Origin: an uncultured virus (IMG/VR IMGVR_UViG_3300037516_001099)
Lineage: Duplodnaviria > Heunggongvirae > Uroviricota > Caudoviricetes
DNA: 64,000 bases
Virus record (IMG/VR): IMGVR_UViG_3300037516_001099
Strand: one strand, 5' to 3'
Both the position numbers and the translations under genes were made by a program. Each line of letters opens with the position of its first letter. The first letter of the stretch is position 1. Below, piece by piece: positions 49,018-58,595 of this stretch. The notes under the pieces are model-generated. The model ran no database searches and was not told the origin of the DNA. It worked only from the letters and a program-made list of their open reading frames with translations.

Positions 49018-49311
49018 ATGTCATTAGAAAAAGCAATTGCACACAAGAAAGAAAAGCGTAAGCCTTATCGCGGTTCGAAAGCATTTGATTGCTCTTGTCG
49101 TAACCACGGCAGTTGCGGTTACTGCGAAAGCAATCGTACACTCTTTGATAAGAAAGCTCGTATGCGTGTTGAAGGCCAAGTCGATGAATGGTTTGGATAC
49201 TGGAACCTTCCAGACCCACATGATGCGAGCAGCGCTGCGTATGAGGAGTGTCTCAAGCAGATTGATGTTGACCCTTGGGACTTTGAGACACGTCGAGAAT
49301 TAGATATCTAA
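49018..49311 (+). CDS. Conserved phage hypothetical with Cys/His cluster
   Basis: SCRNHGSCGYC motif. Confidence 0.65.
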   Translation: MSLEKAIAHKKEKRKPYRGSKAFDCSCRNHGSCGYCESNRTLFDKKARMRVEGQVDEWFGYWNLPDPHDASSAAYEECLKQIDVDPWDFETRRELDI

Positions 49312-49330
49312 ACACAAATAAAATAAAAAT

Positions 49331-49564
49331 ATGGAATATAACATTACATCCCCGCGCCTAGACCTCGCAATGAAGTTTAAAAATGAAACAGCTTTTAATA
49401 CTGGTTATAACCGTCTTAGTGGCAATGCTTTTAACTTTGATAACTATAAAAGTGTGCAAACCCTTCGTTTCTTTACTCAGGAGCAACTTGCGAATGCGGT
49501 ATTGGAAATGAATTCAGCTGGCCTTGAGCAAGGAGAGGACTTTACGCTTGAAGATGCAGTATAA
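49331..49564 (+). CDS. Hypothetical protein
   Basis: Tiling ORF. Confidence 0.6.
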   Translation: MEYNITSPRLDLAMKFKNETAFNTGYNRLSGNAFNFDNYKSVQTLRFFTQEQLANAVLEMNSAGLEQGEDFTLEDAV

Positions 49565-49604
49565 AGACATACTGTTTTTATACGTTTAAAAAATCGTTAT
49601 TAAT

Positions 49605-49763
49605 ATGACAAACATTCAACTTGAAGCAGAAATCAAACATTTACTTGCGCTTATCTCTGAATTGAGAGAAGAAATAAATGATTTAACTGAAAAAGTAAAT
49701 ATGTTATCTATTTTACCACCAAAGGGTGTGAAATTTGAGCATATTGGACGCTGGGAGAATTAA
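49605..49763 (+). CDS. Hypothetical protein (52 aa, not in ORF track)
   Basis: MTNIQLEAEIKHLLALISELREE... Confidence 0.55.
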   Translation: MTNIQLEAEIKHLLALISELREEINDLTEKVNMLSILPPKGVKFEHIGRWEN

Positions 49764-49775
49764 TTTATATAAAAT

Positions 49776-50168
49776 ATGAACGCATCAATGAGAATTTACG
49801 ATAAAATGAATCAACAACTGTACAGAAAAGTCGGTCGCAAATATGTCCCTGAAACTGATCCTTATGCACTGGACGGATTGCGTGAAGGCTGGTGGTTAGT
49901 CAAGGTTGCTCCAGGAAGCACTTCGATTAGACAGCAAGTATACCCAAGTAGATCAGAAATCTCTGCCGCTGCACGAGACAAAGAAGACGAATTGATTAAA
50001 ATTATTCGTGAAGCAAGCGAAGCTCGACCATCTAAACGTCCATTAACTCCCGAAGCTCTCGCGGATTGGCAGGCATTTATCGCTAAACATGGAGAGCAAT
50101 TTAACACGCTTGAGTATCCATCTATACAGGAGAACGCCGAAAAAATCATCGAAGCATTATTGAAATAA
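49776..50168 (+). CDS. Hypothetical protein
   Basis: Tiling ORF, LYRKVGRKYVP. Confidence 0.65.
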   Translation: MNASMRIYDKMNQQLYRKVGRKYVPETDPYALDGLREGWWLVKVAPGSTSIRQQVYPSRSEISAAARDKEDELIKIIREASEARPSKRPLTPEALADWQAFIAKHGEQFNTLEYPSIQENAEKIIEALLK

Positions 50169-50169
50169 T

Positions 50170-50571
50170 ATGAAAGGTAAATTTTTTAAATGTGAGTGCG
50201 GTAGTGAAGGTCTATGGGTCGAGTATGATCATGGATTCGGCACAGAAATTTCATTGTTTAAAACCGATCCACAAAATCGTTCATTCAAAAATCGGCTGAT
50301 TCTTGCGTGGGAATGTTTAAAAGGAAAACCATATACTGATATGGTATTACTAGATGATCAATCACTGGCTGATCTAGTAGACCAGCTAGTTGGCATTCAA
50401 AACAGTGACTATATAAAGGAAAACTATAAAGAAACAGTTTCCGCTGCGGCAGATAAACTGTGTGGCCTTAGTTGTGGAACTGCCGTAGATAGTATCATTG
50501 AATATGTCAAGCGACCAGATTGTTCAAAAGTGCAATTGAATCGATTGATTTCAGATCTTAATAAATTATAA
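50170..50571 (+). CDS. Hypothetical protein
   Basis: Tiling ORF, CECGSE. Confidence 0.65.
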   Translation: MKGKFFKCECGSEGLWVEYDHGFGTEISLFKTDPQNRSFKNRLILAWECLKGKPYTDMVLLDDQSLADLVDQLVGIQNSDYIKENYKETVSAAADKLCGLSCGTAVDSIIEYVKRPDCSKVQLNRLISDLNKL

Positions 50572-50572
50572 T

Positions 50573-50824
50573 ATGCAACTACCAAGCAAAGAGAGTAAAA
50601 CGACGATCATCGTAAATGGTTATAAACACAACAGTTCATTGCAATTAACGATGAACTGGGATGCCGATCTCGATGATTGGGTCAATGCATTTAAGACGAT
50701 CCTAATTCATCAGACGTTTACCGAAGATAGCGTCAAAGAATTATTTGAAGACCCTTGGGATGAGTACGAGAATGCCATGAAACATAAAGAGGAAATATTA
50801 GAAAATGAAACTCCTTACGAGTAA
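50573..50824 (+). CDS. Hypothetical protein
   Basis: Tiling ORF. Confidence 0.6.
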   Translation: MQLPSKESKTTIIVNGYKHNSSLQLTMNWDADLDDWVNAFKTILIHQTFTEDSVKELFEDPWDEYENAMKHKEEILENETPYE

Positions 50825-51026
50825 TGAAATCACAGTAGTCGCGAGCTATAAAGCAGGCTTCGGACTAGAACTCGAGAATCTATTTCTAGAAAATGAAACC
50901 GGCAAAATAACGATTACTGGTTCTCAATGGAAAGAGATTCAAACAGTAATGTCCGGGAAACGTAAAAGCGCTCATTCGCAAGAATTTGACGGTTACACAC
51001 CAAAAACAGCGGTGTATTGGAACTAA
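50805..51026 (+). CDS. Hypothetical protein
   Basis: Tiling ORF. Confidence 0.55.
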   Translation: MKLLTSNEITVVASYKAGFGLELENLFLENETGKITITGSQWKEIQTVMSGKRKSAHSQEFDGYTPKTAVYWN

Positions 51027-51046
51027 CCTAGATTTAAATCTGTATT

Positions 51047-51334
51047 ATGTCGCTAGTTGAAATTTTTTTAAACCTTGGAGTAAGTCTCTACGAAGGAGAG
51101 TTTGCAAACTATAGTCGTCATGTATTTGAGTATGAGTCTATGTTAAGTGGAGAGGCTGCTGCAGAGGAGGCATATAAAATAATTAACTCAGCGTCATTTG
51201 AATTAAATGATGTACAAAGCGAAATTCAAAGCGAATATCTAGTAAACAATGAAGATCCGCTATTGTGTGGTGATGTTGTAATAGTTAGCGGAGTTGCCTA
51301 TGTATGTTTACAAGATGGGTGGAAAATATTATAA
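51047..51334 (+). CDS. Hypothetical protein
   Basis: Tiling ORF. Confidence 0.6.
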   Translation: MSLVEIFLNLGVSLYEGEFANYSRHVFEYESMLSGEAAAEEAYKIINSASFELNDVQSEIQSEYLVNNEDPLLCGDVVIVSGVAYVCLQDGWKIL

Positions 51335-51341
51335 AAAAGCA

Positions 51342-51370
51342 TTTACATGCTCGTATATATAATTTATAAT
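51342..51370 (+). promoter_or_regulatory. Early promoter
   Basis: TTTACA-N17-TATAAT. Confidence 0.7.
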
Positions 51371-51376
51371 GTCATT

Positions 51377-51541
51377 ATGCAAGTTAACTTTGAAAATATA
51401 GTAGTGTTTATAGCCTTTATGTTATATGCCGCAGTATGCATTGCACACCTCTACAAACAAAACTATGCATGGGGCATAGTTTGGGGAGGTTACGCAGTAT
51501 CCAACCTTGGATTAATTGCAGCACAATCACTAACAAAATAA
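51377..51541 (+). CDS. Small membrane protein
   Basis: Two hydrophobic segments, start placed after the -10 box. Confidence 0.6.
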   Translation: MQVNFENIVVFIAFMLYAAVCIAHLYKQNYAWGIVWGGYAVSNLGLIAAQSLTK

Positions 51542-51545
51542 AAAA

Positions 51546-52253
51546 ATGGGTATGTTCGATTATATTAAAGTAGATACAACTTTACCAAAGTTGCCTCAAT
51601 CTGTAGCTGATGCTTGGGGAAAAGAAGGAGTAGCTTTTCAAACTAAAGACACTCCAAACCAAGCAATGTCGCATTATAAAATCGATGGCGCTGGTTTGTT
51701 ATGGATTAAGAAAGTTGAAGGTCGTTGGGAAGAGGGTAAAGAAGTTGCAGACAATGCATCATTCAGCGAAAAGATGGCATCGTTTGGTCGCTTTGTAGTT
51801 GAACACGAATGGTGGGAAGAAGAAAAATATACTGGTGCAATTAACTTCTATGAAAGCTATAATCATCCCGAATATCATATCGAACACTCTTTACATAATG
51901 ATAATAAATTTTTACGCTTTGAGTATGGGTGGATTGAATACTCAACATTATTTCAAAATGGTAAATTGATTGGTGATATTACTCTTGTCGAACACATAGA
52001 ACCTAAAAAACTTTCTGATGAAGAATTTGAGGAGCGCATAGCCCAAAACAAAAAAAGAAAAGAAGAGAACGAAATACAACAACGTGAACGTCGGAGGGAA
52101 TCTCCGACCGCTGAACAAAAACTAATAGATAATATTGACCGTGAATGTAAACTTACCGAAACAATTATGGATGAGGCTGATCTCATCGTTGCAATTAGCA
52201 ATATACGCCTTCACATCAAAGATTGGAGACAAAAATATGACAACTGGTATTAA
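51546..52253 (+). CDS. Conserved phage hypothetical
   Basis: MGMFDYI...FQTKD motif. Confidence 0.7.
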   Translation: MGMFDYIKVDTTLPKLPQSVADAWGKEGVAFQTKDTPNQAMSHYKIDGAGLLWIKKVEGRWEEGKEVADNASFSEKMASFGRFVVEHEWWEEEKYTGAINFYESYNHPEYHIEHSLHNDNKFLRFEYGWIEYSTLFQNGKLIGDITLVEHIEPKKLSDEEFEERIAQNKKRKEENEIQQRERRRESPTAEQKLIDNIDRECKLTETIMDEADLIVAISNIRLHIKDWRQKYDNWY

Positions 52254-52383
52254 AGAGGAATCTGGAGAAAAATTGTATACGTTTCGTGGAAAAACATTCT
52301 ATTGCGACGCCCGAACAATACAAAAACTAAACTATGCTCTCGCACTAAATCAATCATGTGAACGTTATGAAAAAGCTAAATAA
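52237..52383 (+). CDS. Hypothetical protein
   Basis: Tiling ORF, start MTTGIK. Confidence 0.45.
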   Translation: MTTGIKEESGEKLYTFRGKTFYCDARTIQKLNYALALNQSCERYEKAK

Positions 52384-52573
52384 AGACGAGCAGACACAGG
52401 TTGAATGTGCTAAAGAATTGATTAATAAACTTCAAGAAGCGCAGGATCTCATTTACATACATCTTATAAAAGAACTTGATATGGATAATGACTGGTTGTA
52501 TGATTATATTTTTAATGCCTCATCAATTGATGATGAATATACGTTAACTGTAAAGGACCACCTTTTTGAATAA
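52367..52573 (+). CDS. Hypothetical protein
   Basis: Tiling ORF. Confidence 0.55.
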   Translation: MKKLNKDEQTQVECAKELINKLQEAQDLIYIHLIKELDMDNDWLYDYIFNASSIDDEYTLTVKDHLFE

Positions 52574-52575
52574 TT

Positions 52576-52875
52576 ATGGCAGCACAAAATGATATTACTG
52601 GTGATTCTATTCAGTCCCGCGTCCTTTCGCGAGAAGGTCGAGACAATTGGGATCGTATTTTCGGTAAGAAAGAAAAGAAATATAAGTGGGTCGAACAAGG
52701 CGAAACCGAGCAAGATGAACCTATCAAAATGATCTGGACCGAGACTCAGATTTTAGATCACTATTATGATTGGTGGTCGGAACAAATGACCAAACGAGAT
52801 AAGGCTCACATGATTAATCGTAAAGAATGTATCGCAGATTTTTGTGTCGTTAACTGGGCACAAGAAGTAAAATAA
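52576..52875 (+). CDS. Hypothetical protein
   Basis: NDITGDSIQS...NWDRIFGK motif. Confidence 0.65.
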   Translation: MAAQNDITGDSIQSRVLSREGRDNWDRIFGKKEKKYKWVEQGETEQDEPIKMIWTETQILDHYYDWWSEQMTKRDKAHMINRKECIADFCVVNWAQEVK

Positions 52876-52879
52876 ATAT

Positions 52880-53071
52880 ATGAATTTTGAAAATGAAAAA
52901 AAGACGCTTAGAGAATGGAAACGCGAATATGGATTGGCTGACGAAGATGTATTAACAAATCCGCTACTTGAGGAAATTGAAAGTCCGAGTAGCGCTACTA
53001 TGACGCGAGCATTTTTCGAGCAAGTATATAATGTTCAAGGTAATACTAGTAATGGCACTAGACTACTATAA
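52880..53071 (+). CDS. Hypothetical protein
   Basis: Tiling ORF. Confidence 0.55.
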   Translation: MNFENEKKTLREWKREYGLADEDVLTNPLLEEIESPSSATMTRAFFEQVYNVQGNTSNGTRLL

Positions 53072-53089
53072 CCAGTTTAAAAATAATAT

Positions 53090-53329
53090 ATGAAACTAAT
53101 TTTAGCAAGTGCAAGTTGGTGTGGTCCATGCAAGATAATTAAGTCTAAGCTACAATCAGAAAACTTAATTGAAAAGGTAGAGATTAAGGACCCTGATACT
53201 GATTACGCGTTTTTTAAAACTAATAACATTAAATCAGTGCCTCGACTGCTTGTTATGGATGGTGAAACTGTCGTGGAAGTTATTCAAGGTGCAGATGATA
53301 TTATACAACGTATTAGAGACGAATCATGA
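53090..53329 (+). CDS. Thioredoxin/glutaredoxin
   Basis: WCGPC active site, SVP cis-Pro motif. Confidence 0.88.
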   Translation: MKLILASASWCGPCKIIKSKLQSENLIEKVEIKDPDTDYAFFKTNNIKSVPRLLVMDGETVVEVIQGADDIIQRIRDES

Positions 53330-53739
53330 ATTTCTTTCTAGACGACCTACGCAATCCAAACGATGCTTATCTACACCTTGATGACGTAGCAAGTAAAACT
53401 TCTTTAGTCGAACACTCAGGCATTCACCAAAATGACTGGGTAATTATGAGAACTTATGATGAGTTTGTAAAGTGTATTACATACCTTGGACTACCTAATA
53501 CTGTTTCGTTTGATCATGACCTTGATGAAGAGCATATTAAGCACTATTTTATGGTCACGCAAGATATTGGCATAGTTGAATATGGTAACCTCAAAGAAAA
53601 AACTGGCAAACATTGTGCTGAATATCTTGTACAGGAATGGAAAAAGCAAGGCAAACCTAAACAAATCAAAACATTCGTTCATTCCGCAAATATGTGGGGC
53701 GGACAGAATATTAAAAATGTACTAACAGAACTTTGTTAG
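53326..53739 (+). CDS. Cyclic-phosphate-processing receiver-like domain protein
   Basis: FLDDLRNP, SFDHDL, TGKHCA, VHSANxxG. Confidence 0.75.
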   Translation: MNFFLDDLRNPNDAYLHLDDVASKTSLVEHSGIHQNDWVIMRTYDEFVKCITYLGLPNTVSFDHDLDEEHIKHYFMVTQDIGIVEYGNLKEKTGKHCAEYLVQEWKKQGKPKQIKTFVHSANMWGGQNIKNVLTELC

Positions 53740-53761
53740 TACATAAAAAGCTAAGATATAA

Positions 53762-53848
53762 ATGGATGACGCTAAATTACATTCCCTAATTATTGTAATT
53801 ATAGCTTGTTTATTGGCATTAATTATAAATTTAAAATTTAAAGTATGA
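53762..53848 (+). CDS. Small hydrophobic peptide (28 aa)
   Basis: MDDAKLHSLIIVIIACLLALIINLKFKV, ATGA overlap with the next gene. Confidence 0.4.
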   Translation: MDDAKLHSLIIVIIACLLALIINLKFKV

Positions 53849-54363
53849 TAAAAAGAATATTTCAAGATCTCGATGAATGCATCTTGCACACAACAGTGAA
53901 TAATGATCCAGGTCAAACACATGTCGAATTTATGCTTCCCGAAGATGTGCATACCTATCGTACGATCATTCGTCCTTGCGCGAAAGATCTCTTTGCATAT
54001 TATAACGACCTCATTGGCAAAGAAAATGTTTATATTCTCACGACCGCTACACGCGAATATGCCGAAGCATTAAATCGACTGGGTGAGTTTGGTTTAGACT
54101 ATGCTCATATTTTTACACGCGAAGACATTCAGCAATATAAAATTTCCTTTGGTTATGGTGGCGAAGGAGTGATGAAGATGCCTATCGCAGATAAAGATAA
54201 TGTGCTTATTGATAACCTACCACCTCGTTATAATTGCGACAAAATGGATATGATGGGTATCGTCACAAAAAATTACCATCAGACCCCAGAGTATTATGGT
54301 AACAATCTAAACGATGAAGGCTTTTTTGAAAATATTAAGAAATTCCTCAAAGACAGACTATGA
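53845..54363 (+). CDS. HAD superfamily (NIF/FCP1-like) phosphatase
   Basis: DLDECILHT, IRP, ILTTATREYA, LIDN. Confidence 0.8.
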   Translation: MIKRIFQDLDECILHTTVNNDPGQTHVEFMLPEDVHTYRTIIRPCAKDLFAYYNDLIGKENVYILTTATREYAEALNRLGEFGLDYAHIFTREDIQQYKISFGYGGEGVMKMPIADKDNVLIDNLPPRYNCDKMDMMGIVTKNYHQTPEYYGNNLNDEGFFENIKKFLKDRL

Positions 54364-54372
54364 AAACAATTT

Positions 54373-54669
54373 ATGAAAATTACAAAAGAAATTATTAAAG
54401 AGTTGGATGAATTAGCAATCTGGGATGGTTGCGAAACTGGAGATTATTGCCATTTACTACTTGAATTGCGTGAATCATATTTACCTACATATTGCTCTAT
54501 TGAATTTGCAGAGGCTTTAGACTTAGAATTGATTGTTTTGTATAATTCTTTAAAAGAATTTAAAGCTGATGAAGATGAGTTGGCCGCTGGATTGTCATAT
54601 GCCGACAAAAGACAAAACGCTTTAGATAAACTAACCGATGAAGAGAAGAAAATTCTAGGATTGGTGTAA
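54373..54669 (+). CDS. Hypothetical protein
   Basis: C-terminal ALDKLTDEEKKILGL motif. Confidence 0.6.
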   Translation: MKITKEIIKELDELAIWDGCETGDYCHLLLELRESYLPTYCSIEFAEALDLELIVLYNSLKEFKADEDELAAGLSYADKRQNALDKLTDEEKKILGLV

Positions 54670-54670
54670 T

Positions 54671-54949
54671 ATGAAAACTAAATATAAAATCATTAAAAGT
54701 GAAGGCTGTAGGTCATTTGGAACAACTGTAAATGGTCAAGACATTTATGGTGAATATAATCCGATGAATGAATCTCAGATCAACGAATTGGTGGATTATC
54801 TTTGTGAAAAATTCAAAGAAGAACTTAGACAAAATACTGTCTCAGTCGATGACTTACTTGGTTGTTTCCAATATGACTCTTGTGAAACCGAGGACGGTTA
54901 TTGTGAAACATGTGGAGATTCTATGACAGAAACTACTTGGAATATTTGA
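54671..54949 (+). CDS. Hypothetical protein
   Basis: GC...CETCGD possible metal site. Confidence 0.6.
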   Translation: MKTKYKIIKSEGCRSFGTTVNGQDIYGEYNPMNESQINELVDYLCEKFKEELRQNTVSVDDLLGCFQYDSCETEDGYCETCGDSMTETTWNI

Positions 54950-54959
54950 CATTTTCTTG

Positions 54960-54988
54960 TTTACTTTCTGTAGGAACTTTGGTATTAT
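54960..54988 (+). promoter_or_regulatory. Early promoter (variant)
   Basis: TTTACT-N17-TATTAT with extended TG. Confidence 0.5.
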
Positions 54989-54994
54989 AATCAT

Positions 54995-55204
54995 ATGAAC
55001 AGCCTAAGTCCGCTCGAAATTTATAATATTACCGAAGCAACAAAACTCCGCGAATTTGTCGAACTCGCTTCAAATAGCAAACGACCAGACGGCACTTATA
55101 ATTATTGCCGTGAAGCGTTGGAAAAGAAAGCAAAAGGCTTACTACAAGAATTAAAACAAATTAAAAATGAGGTGATGGAAGAAACTTTGATAAAATATGA
55201 TTAA
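54995..55204 (+). CDS. Hypothetical protein
   Basis: KRPDGTYNYCREA. Confidence 0.6.
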   Translation: MNSLSPLEIYNITEATKLREFVELASNSKRPDGTYNYCREALEKKAKGLLQELKQIKNEVMEETLIKYD

Positions 55205-55295
55205 CATTAACAACTTTGAAATTATCCTTGCTATACTTTGCTCAATCGCGGGTATTTGGTTTATCTATGATGCAATTAGATACTTTGACGAATAA
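55197..55295 (+). CDS. Small membrane peptide (32 aa)
   Basis: Single TM segment, TAATG coupling to the next ORF. Confidence 0.5.
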   Translation: MININNFEIILAILCSIAGIWFIYDAIRYFDE

Positions 55296-55600
55296 TGAAA
55301 CATACAATTCAATTTGTGTCTGAACTCACTGAAGCAGAAGTGCGTCAACTGCTGTTTGATATCTACGAGCGAGTACCAATCACTGGTGAAGACTTGTCCT
55401 ATGCAGCGCTGCCAGATAAAATCACTCGATATGTAAACGAAGCAAGTAGACTGTCTTCACTGGAAGAAGTGGTTACTCAATATATCGTAGAAGAATGTTG
55501 CAATGGAAATATTGGAGTTCAAGATCCAATTAATTTTTTACTTGCATCTCATCGCATGTTAAGGCATAATATACATGAAGTTTGGAAAGAAGAATATTAA
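55295..55600 (+). CDS. Hypothetical protein
   Basis: Tiling ORF. Confidence 0.6.
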   Translation: MKHTIQFVSELTEAEVRQLLFDIYERVPITGEDLSYAALPDKITRYVNEASRLSSLEEVVTQYIVEECCNGNIGVQDPINFLLASHRMLRHNIHEVWKEEY

Positions 55601-55604
55601 TACT

Positions 55605-55796
55605 ATGAAAACAGGAGAAGAACGAGTTAAAAAGGCAGTTGACACATTTGTTGAATCAACTGAAGGTGCATCACAACACTTGGAAGACTTGGAGCAACAA
55701 TTAAAAAATCTGGATAAAAGCTCTACCCGTAATACACTCATTATTTGGGTTGTAGCACTTATCATTGCTGGAATTATAATTTTAGTGCGGTCTTAA
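55605..55796 (+). CDS. Tail-anchored membrane protein
   Basis: Coiled coil plus C-terminal TM segment. Confidence 0.6.
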   Translation: MKTGEERVKKAVDTFVESTEGASQHLEDLEQQLKNLDKSSTRNTLIIWVVALIIAGIIILVRS

Positions 55797-55802
55797 TAAA
55801 AT

Positions 55803-56087
55803 ATGAAAGTTGCAATTAACACATGCCATGGAGGATTTGATCTTTCACCTGAAGGACTATATTTGTATAGAGAGAGATTAAACGTTCCAGAAAATTTGCC
55901 ACTTCAAGGCTGGCAAATTCCACGAGATGACGAAAACCTTATAAACATTATCAATGAATTAGAAGAAGTGTCATGGGGAAAGTTTTCTCAATTAAAAATT
56001 GTCGAGATACCAGATGACATTGAATGGGAAATTGGTCAATATGATGGCATAGAATGGGTCGCCGAGAAACATCGTAAGTGGGACTAA
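55803..56087 (+). CDS. Conserved phage hypothetical
   Basis: INTCHGGF...RDD...LKIVEIPDD...YDGIEWVAEKHRKW. Confidence 0.7.
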   Translation: MKVAINTCHGGFDLSPEGLYLYRERLNVPENLPLQGWQIPRDDENLINIINELEEVSWGKFSQLKIVEIPDDIEWEIGQYDGIEWVAEKHRKWD

Positions 56088-56094
56088 AATTTGG

Positions 56095-56123
56095 TGTACA
56101 TTATATAGGTTTTATGATATAAT
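56095..56123 (+). promoter_or_regulatory. Early promoter
   Basis: TGTACA-N17-TATAAT-N6-GTAAGC. Confidence 0.8.
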
Positions 56124-56141
56124 AACCCAGTAAGCAATAAT

Positions 56142-56741
56142 ATGATTAACACATACAAAACCAATCCGTTAAGAGTGCTTAAGCACCCATCTCTGCTATT
56201 TAATAGTTACTTTTGGTGGGATTTGAAATATCAAATTTCAGCATGGTTTAATCCACGACAAAAGTGGTTGACTAAAACCATTCCAAATACATGGTGTGAT
56301 AAGACATCACTCATACCACATTTGCTTTTTGAGTGCCTCATTCATTATATAGAAAAGGAAGAGGGGCTTCAGGATCAAATGGACTGGAGCGAGGATCTTA
56401 AAGCAGGACACGTGTCTCAGGAATATATTGATACTTTAAAAACAAGAGACACTCTTCTTCGTTCGGTTTATAACTATATTAAGACTGAGCGGCCAATGCT
56501 TGAAAAAGAACATGACAATTCTTATCCAGAAGAGCTTCCTGGGGTTCATGGAATGTTTAGAGAACCAAAGGTTGATGCCGCAGGGAACAAATCATCATGC
56601 ATGCGTTCATGCGAAGAGCTATATGGTATGAGTTTTGAAGAAGCATACGCCGAAACAAATCGTCTCGAAAAACTAATCGAAGAAAAAGACCTGTGGGCCA
56701 TGAACGCTATCGTTAAATATCATCAACATTTGTGGACATGA
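56142..56741 (+). CDS. Hypothetical protein
   Basis: WCDK...FECL...HLWT. Confidence 0.7.
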   Translation: MINTYKTNPLRVLKHPSLLFNSYFWWDLKYQISAWFNPRQKWLTKTIPNTWCDKTSLIPHLLFECLIHYIEKEEGLQDQMDWSEDLKAGHVSQEYIDTLKTRDTLLRSVYNYIKTERPMLEKEHDNSYPEELPGVHGMFREPKVDAAGNKSSCMRSCEELYGMSFEEAYAETNRLEKLIEEKDLWAMNAIVKYHQHLWT

Positions 56742-56950
56742 ACGTAAAACAACTGATTGAAAAACTAAGTACATATGATCCGAAAACTATGGTTATTGTT
56801 TCTGGTTATGAAGGAGGAGTCGATGAAGCTCATCAAGCTGGCAAAGTTAAGATTAAACTTGATGCGTATACCGAATGGTATTATGGTAAACATGAAGTTG
56901 CTGATCGTGATGACGATCCGTTTGATTGTGAAGCAATTTATATTCATTAA
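56738..56950 (+). CDS. Conserved phage hypothetical
   Basis: VKQLIEKL...GYEGG...WYYGKHE, ATGA overlap. Confidence 0.65.
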   Translation: MNVKQLIEKLSTYDPKTMVIVSGYEGGVDEAHQAGKVKIKLDAYTEWYYGKHEVADRDDDPFDCEAIYIH

Positions 56951-56953
56951 ATT

Positions 56954-57409
56954 ATGACAAACCGAGAAACTATTAAATTCCGAGTCTGGAATAAAAAAAA
57001 TAAACGATGGTTAAGTGCCGATGACGGAGGTACACACGCTTGTAGCAACTGGGCGCTTGACATTTTTACTGGAAAAATCATAGACTATGTAAACTGCAAC
57101 GGTGAGTACACTCCAACCGAAGAACCAAATCATTACTTTGATGGACTTACACACATCAATGAATCTCCTCTCGTCATTCAACAATACACTGGTCTAAAAG
57201 ATAAAAATGAAAAAGACATTTATGAAGGTGATATTGTAAAAGCGACATCTGACCAATATACAAATGAAAACTTTATCGGTAAAGTGATTTTTGATGAAGG
57301 GTGTTTTTTAACTTGGATTAATAAAAATGATATTCGGGGAGTTTGGAGCGGGGATGATATTGAGGTAATCGGTAACATCTTTGAAACCCCCAAACTATTA
57401 AAAGCATGA
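56954..57409 (+). CDS. YopX family protein
   Basis: IKFRVW, QYTGLKDKNxKDIYEGDIV, EVIGNIFE. Confidence 0.9.
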   Translation: MTNRETIKFRVWNKKNKRWLSADDGGTHACSNWALDIFTGKIIDYVNCNGEYTPTEEPNHYFDGLTHINESPLVIQQYTGLKDKNEKDIYEGDIVKATSDQYTNENFIGKVIFDEGCFLTWINKNDIRGVWSGDDIEVIGNIFETPKLLKA

Positions 57410-57684
57410 GCGTATTTGAAAAAGATAAAGAAAGAATGGGACTCCCGAAAGATGGGCAAAAAGTTACGTTTACTCAACCTTGCACACACGCATGGCATAC
57501 CAATGTAATAACCGATCAAAAGTATCTTGCCATTGGACAGGAATATACCGTGCGTAAAACTCAACTTAATTCCTCTTCGACATATGTTTGGCTAGAAGAG
57601 ATTGAGGCTTATGACGCTGAACGTGACATGCCATTTTTCAATATGTGGAGTTTTGATTGGGAAGGCAAAAAGGAACTTTTGTAA
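57406..57684 (+). CDS. Hypothetical protein
   Basis: ATGA overlap. Confidence 0.6.
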   Translation: MSVFEKDKERMGLPKDGQKVTFTQPCTHAWHTNVITDQKYLAIGQEYTVRKTQLNSSSTYVWLEEIEAYDAERDMPFFNMWSFDWEGKKELL

Positions 57685-57692
57685 AATAGTTG

Positions 57693-57721
57693 TTTACATC
57701 TGCCGAATTTTATGGTATAAT
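57693..57721 (+). promoter_or_regulatory. Early promoter
   Basis: TTTACA-N17-TATAAT-N6-GTAAGC. Confidence 0.8.
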
Positions 57722-57738
57722 AACTATGTAAGCGACAC

Positions 57739-57942
57739 ATGATGAAAAAGCACACAAAACTTCCAACTGGAAAACTAACCCAGATTCATAACTATACACA
57801 GGAAGAACAACTTGTATTGCTTACTCATATTTGTCATCAGATCTTTATTGCCAGAAATATTAGTATGAACCAAGAAGTAATCCTTGCTAATCTAAAGAAA
57901 ATTGATACACTCTTTCAAACAGGACCAGAAGACGGTAATTAA
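57739..57942 (+). CDS. Hypothetical protein
   Basis: First ORF after the promoter. Confidence 0.6.
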   Translation: MMKKHTKLPTGKLTQIHNYTQEEQLVLLTHICHQIFIARNISMNQEVILANLKKIDTLFQTGPEDGN

Positions 57943-57945
57943 AAT

Positions 57946-58536
57946 ATGAGATCAAGCACAGAAACAATTATTGGAGCTATGAAGATTCTTTCATATGATA
58001 TTTATTGCGAAGATGGTGTTGCTACAGCAGCAATCGCAGAAGCGGCAGATCGTCTTGAAGAGATCGCCGCTGAGAATAAAAAACTAAAAACTGAATTACA
58101 AGAAGCAAAAGATTATGCCGATAAGCTTGTAGAGCATAAGGATATGGTTTGTCTGCCAGCCGACCTAGCCAACCTTCGTGAAGCAAATGCTCGTTTCGCA
58201 ATGGAAAATCATGAGCTTCAAGAAAAAGTCGATAAACTTGAACGTGAACGTGATGCATGGAAAGCCGCTCACGACAATCAAGTAAAACTAAAGCAAATCA
58301 TTAGTGACCGCCCTGACTTGAAAGAGCGAGCTAAACGTGTAGCTGTGTTGATTGAAGAGCGTGATAGCTGGAGAGAAGCAGCATATGCGCTAGGCGAAGC
58401 TCTTCCTCCATCATGGGAAGAGTTGCAACCACCAGTAGAACAGTTACGAAAATTCAAAGAGATGGTCGCGCTTCAAAACGAAAAGACCAAAAAGCTTCTT
58501 GACATTGCAGACAAACATAGTAAAATGTATCCATGA
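57946..58536 (+). CDS. Hypothetical coiled-coil protein
   Basis: Heptad-rich ORF. Confidence 0.65.
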   Translation: MRSSTETIIGAMKILSYDIYCEDGVATAAIAEAADRLEEIAAENKKLKTELQEAKDYADKLVEHKDMVCLPADLANLREANARFAMENHELQEKVDKLERERDAWKAAHDNQVKLKQIISDRPDLKERAKRVAVLIEERDSWREAAYALGEALPPSWEELQPPVEQLRKFKEMVALQNEKTKKLLDIADKHSKMYP

Positions 58537-58595
58537 AACTTGGCGAAAATAAAAAAGCGGGACGAATTAAACGAACACGTAAGATACAATAACGT

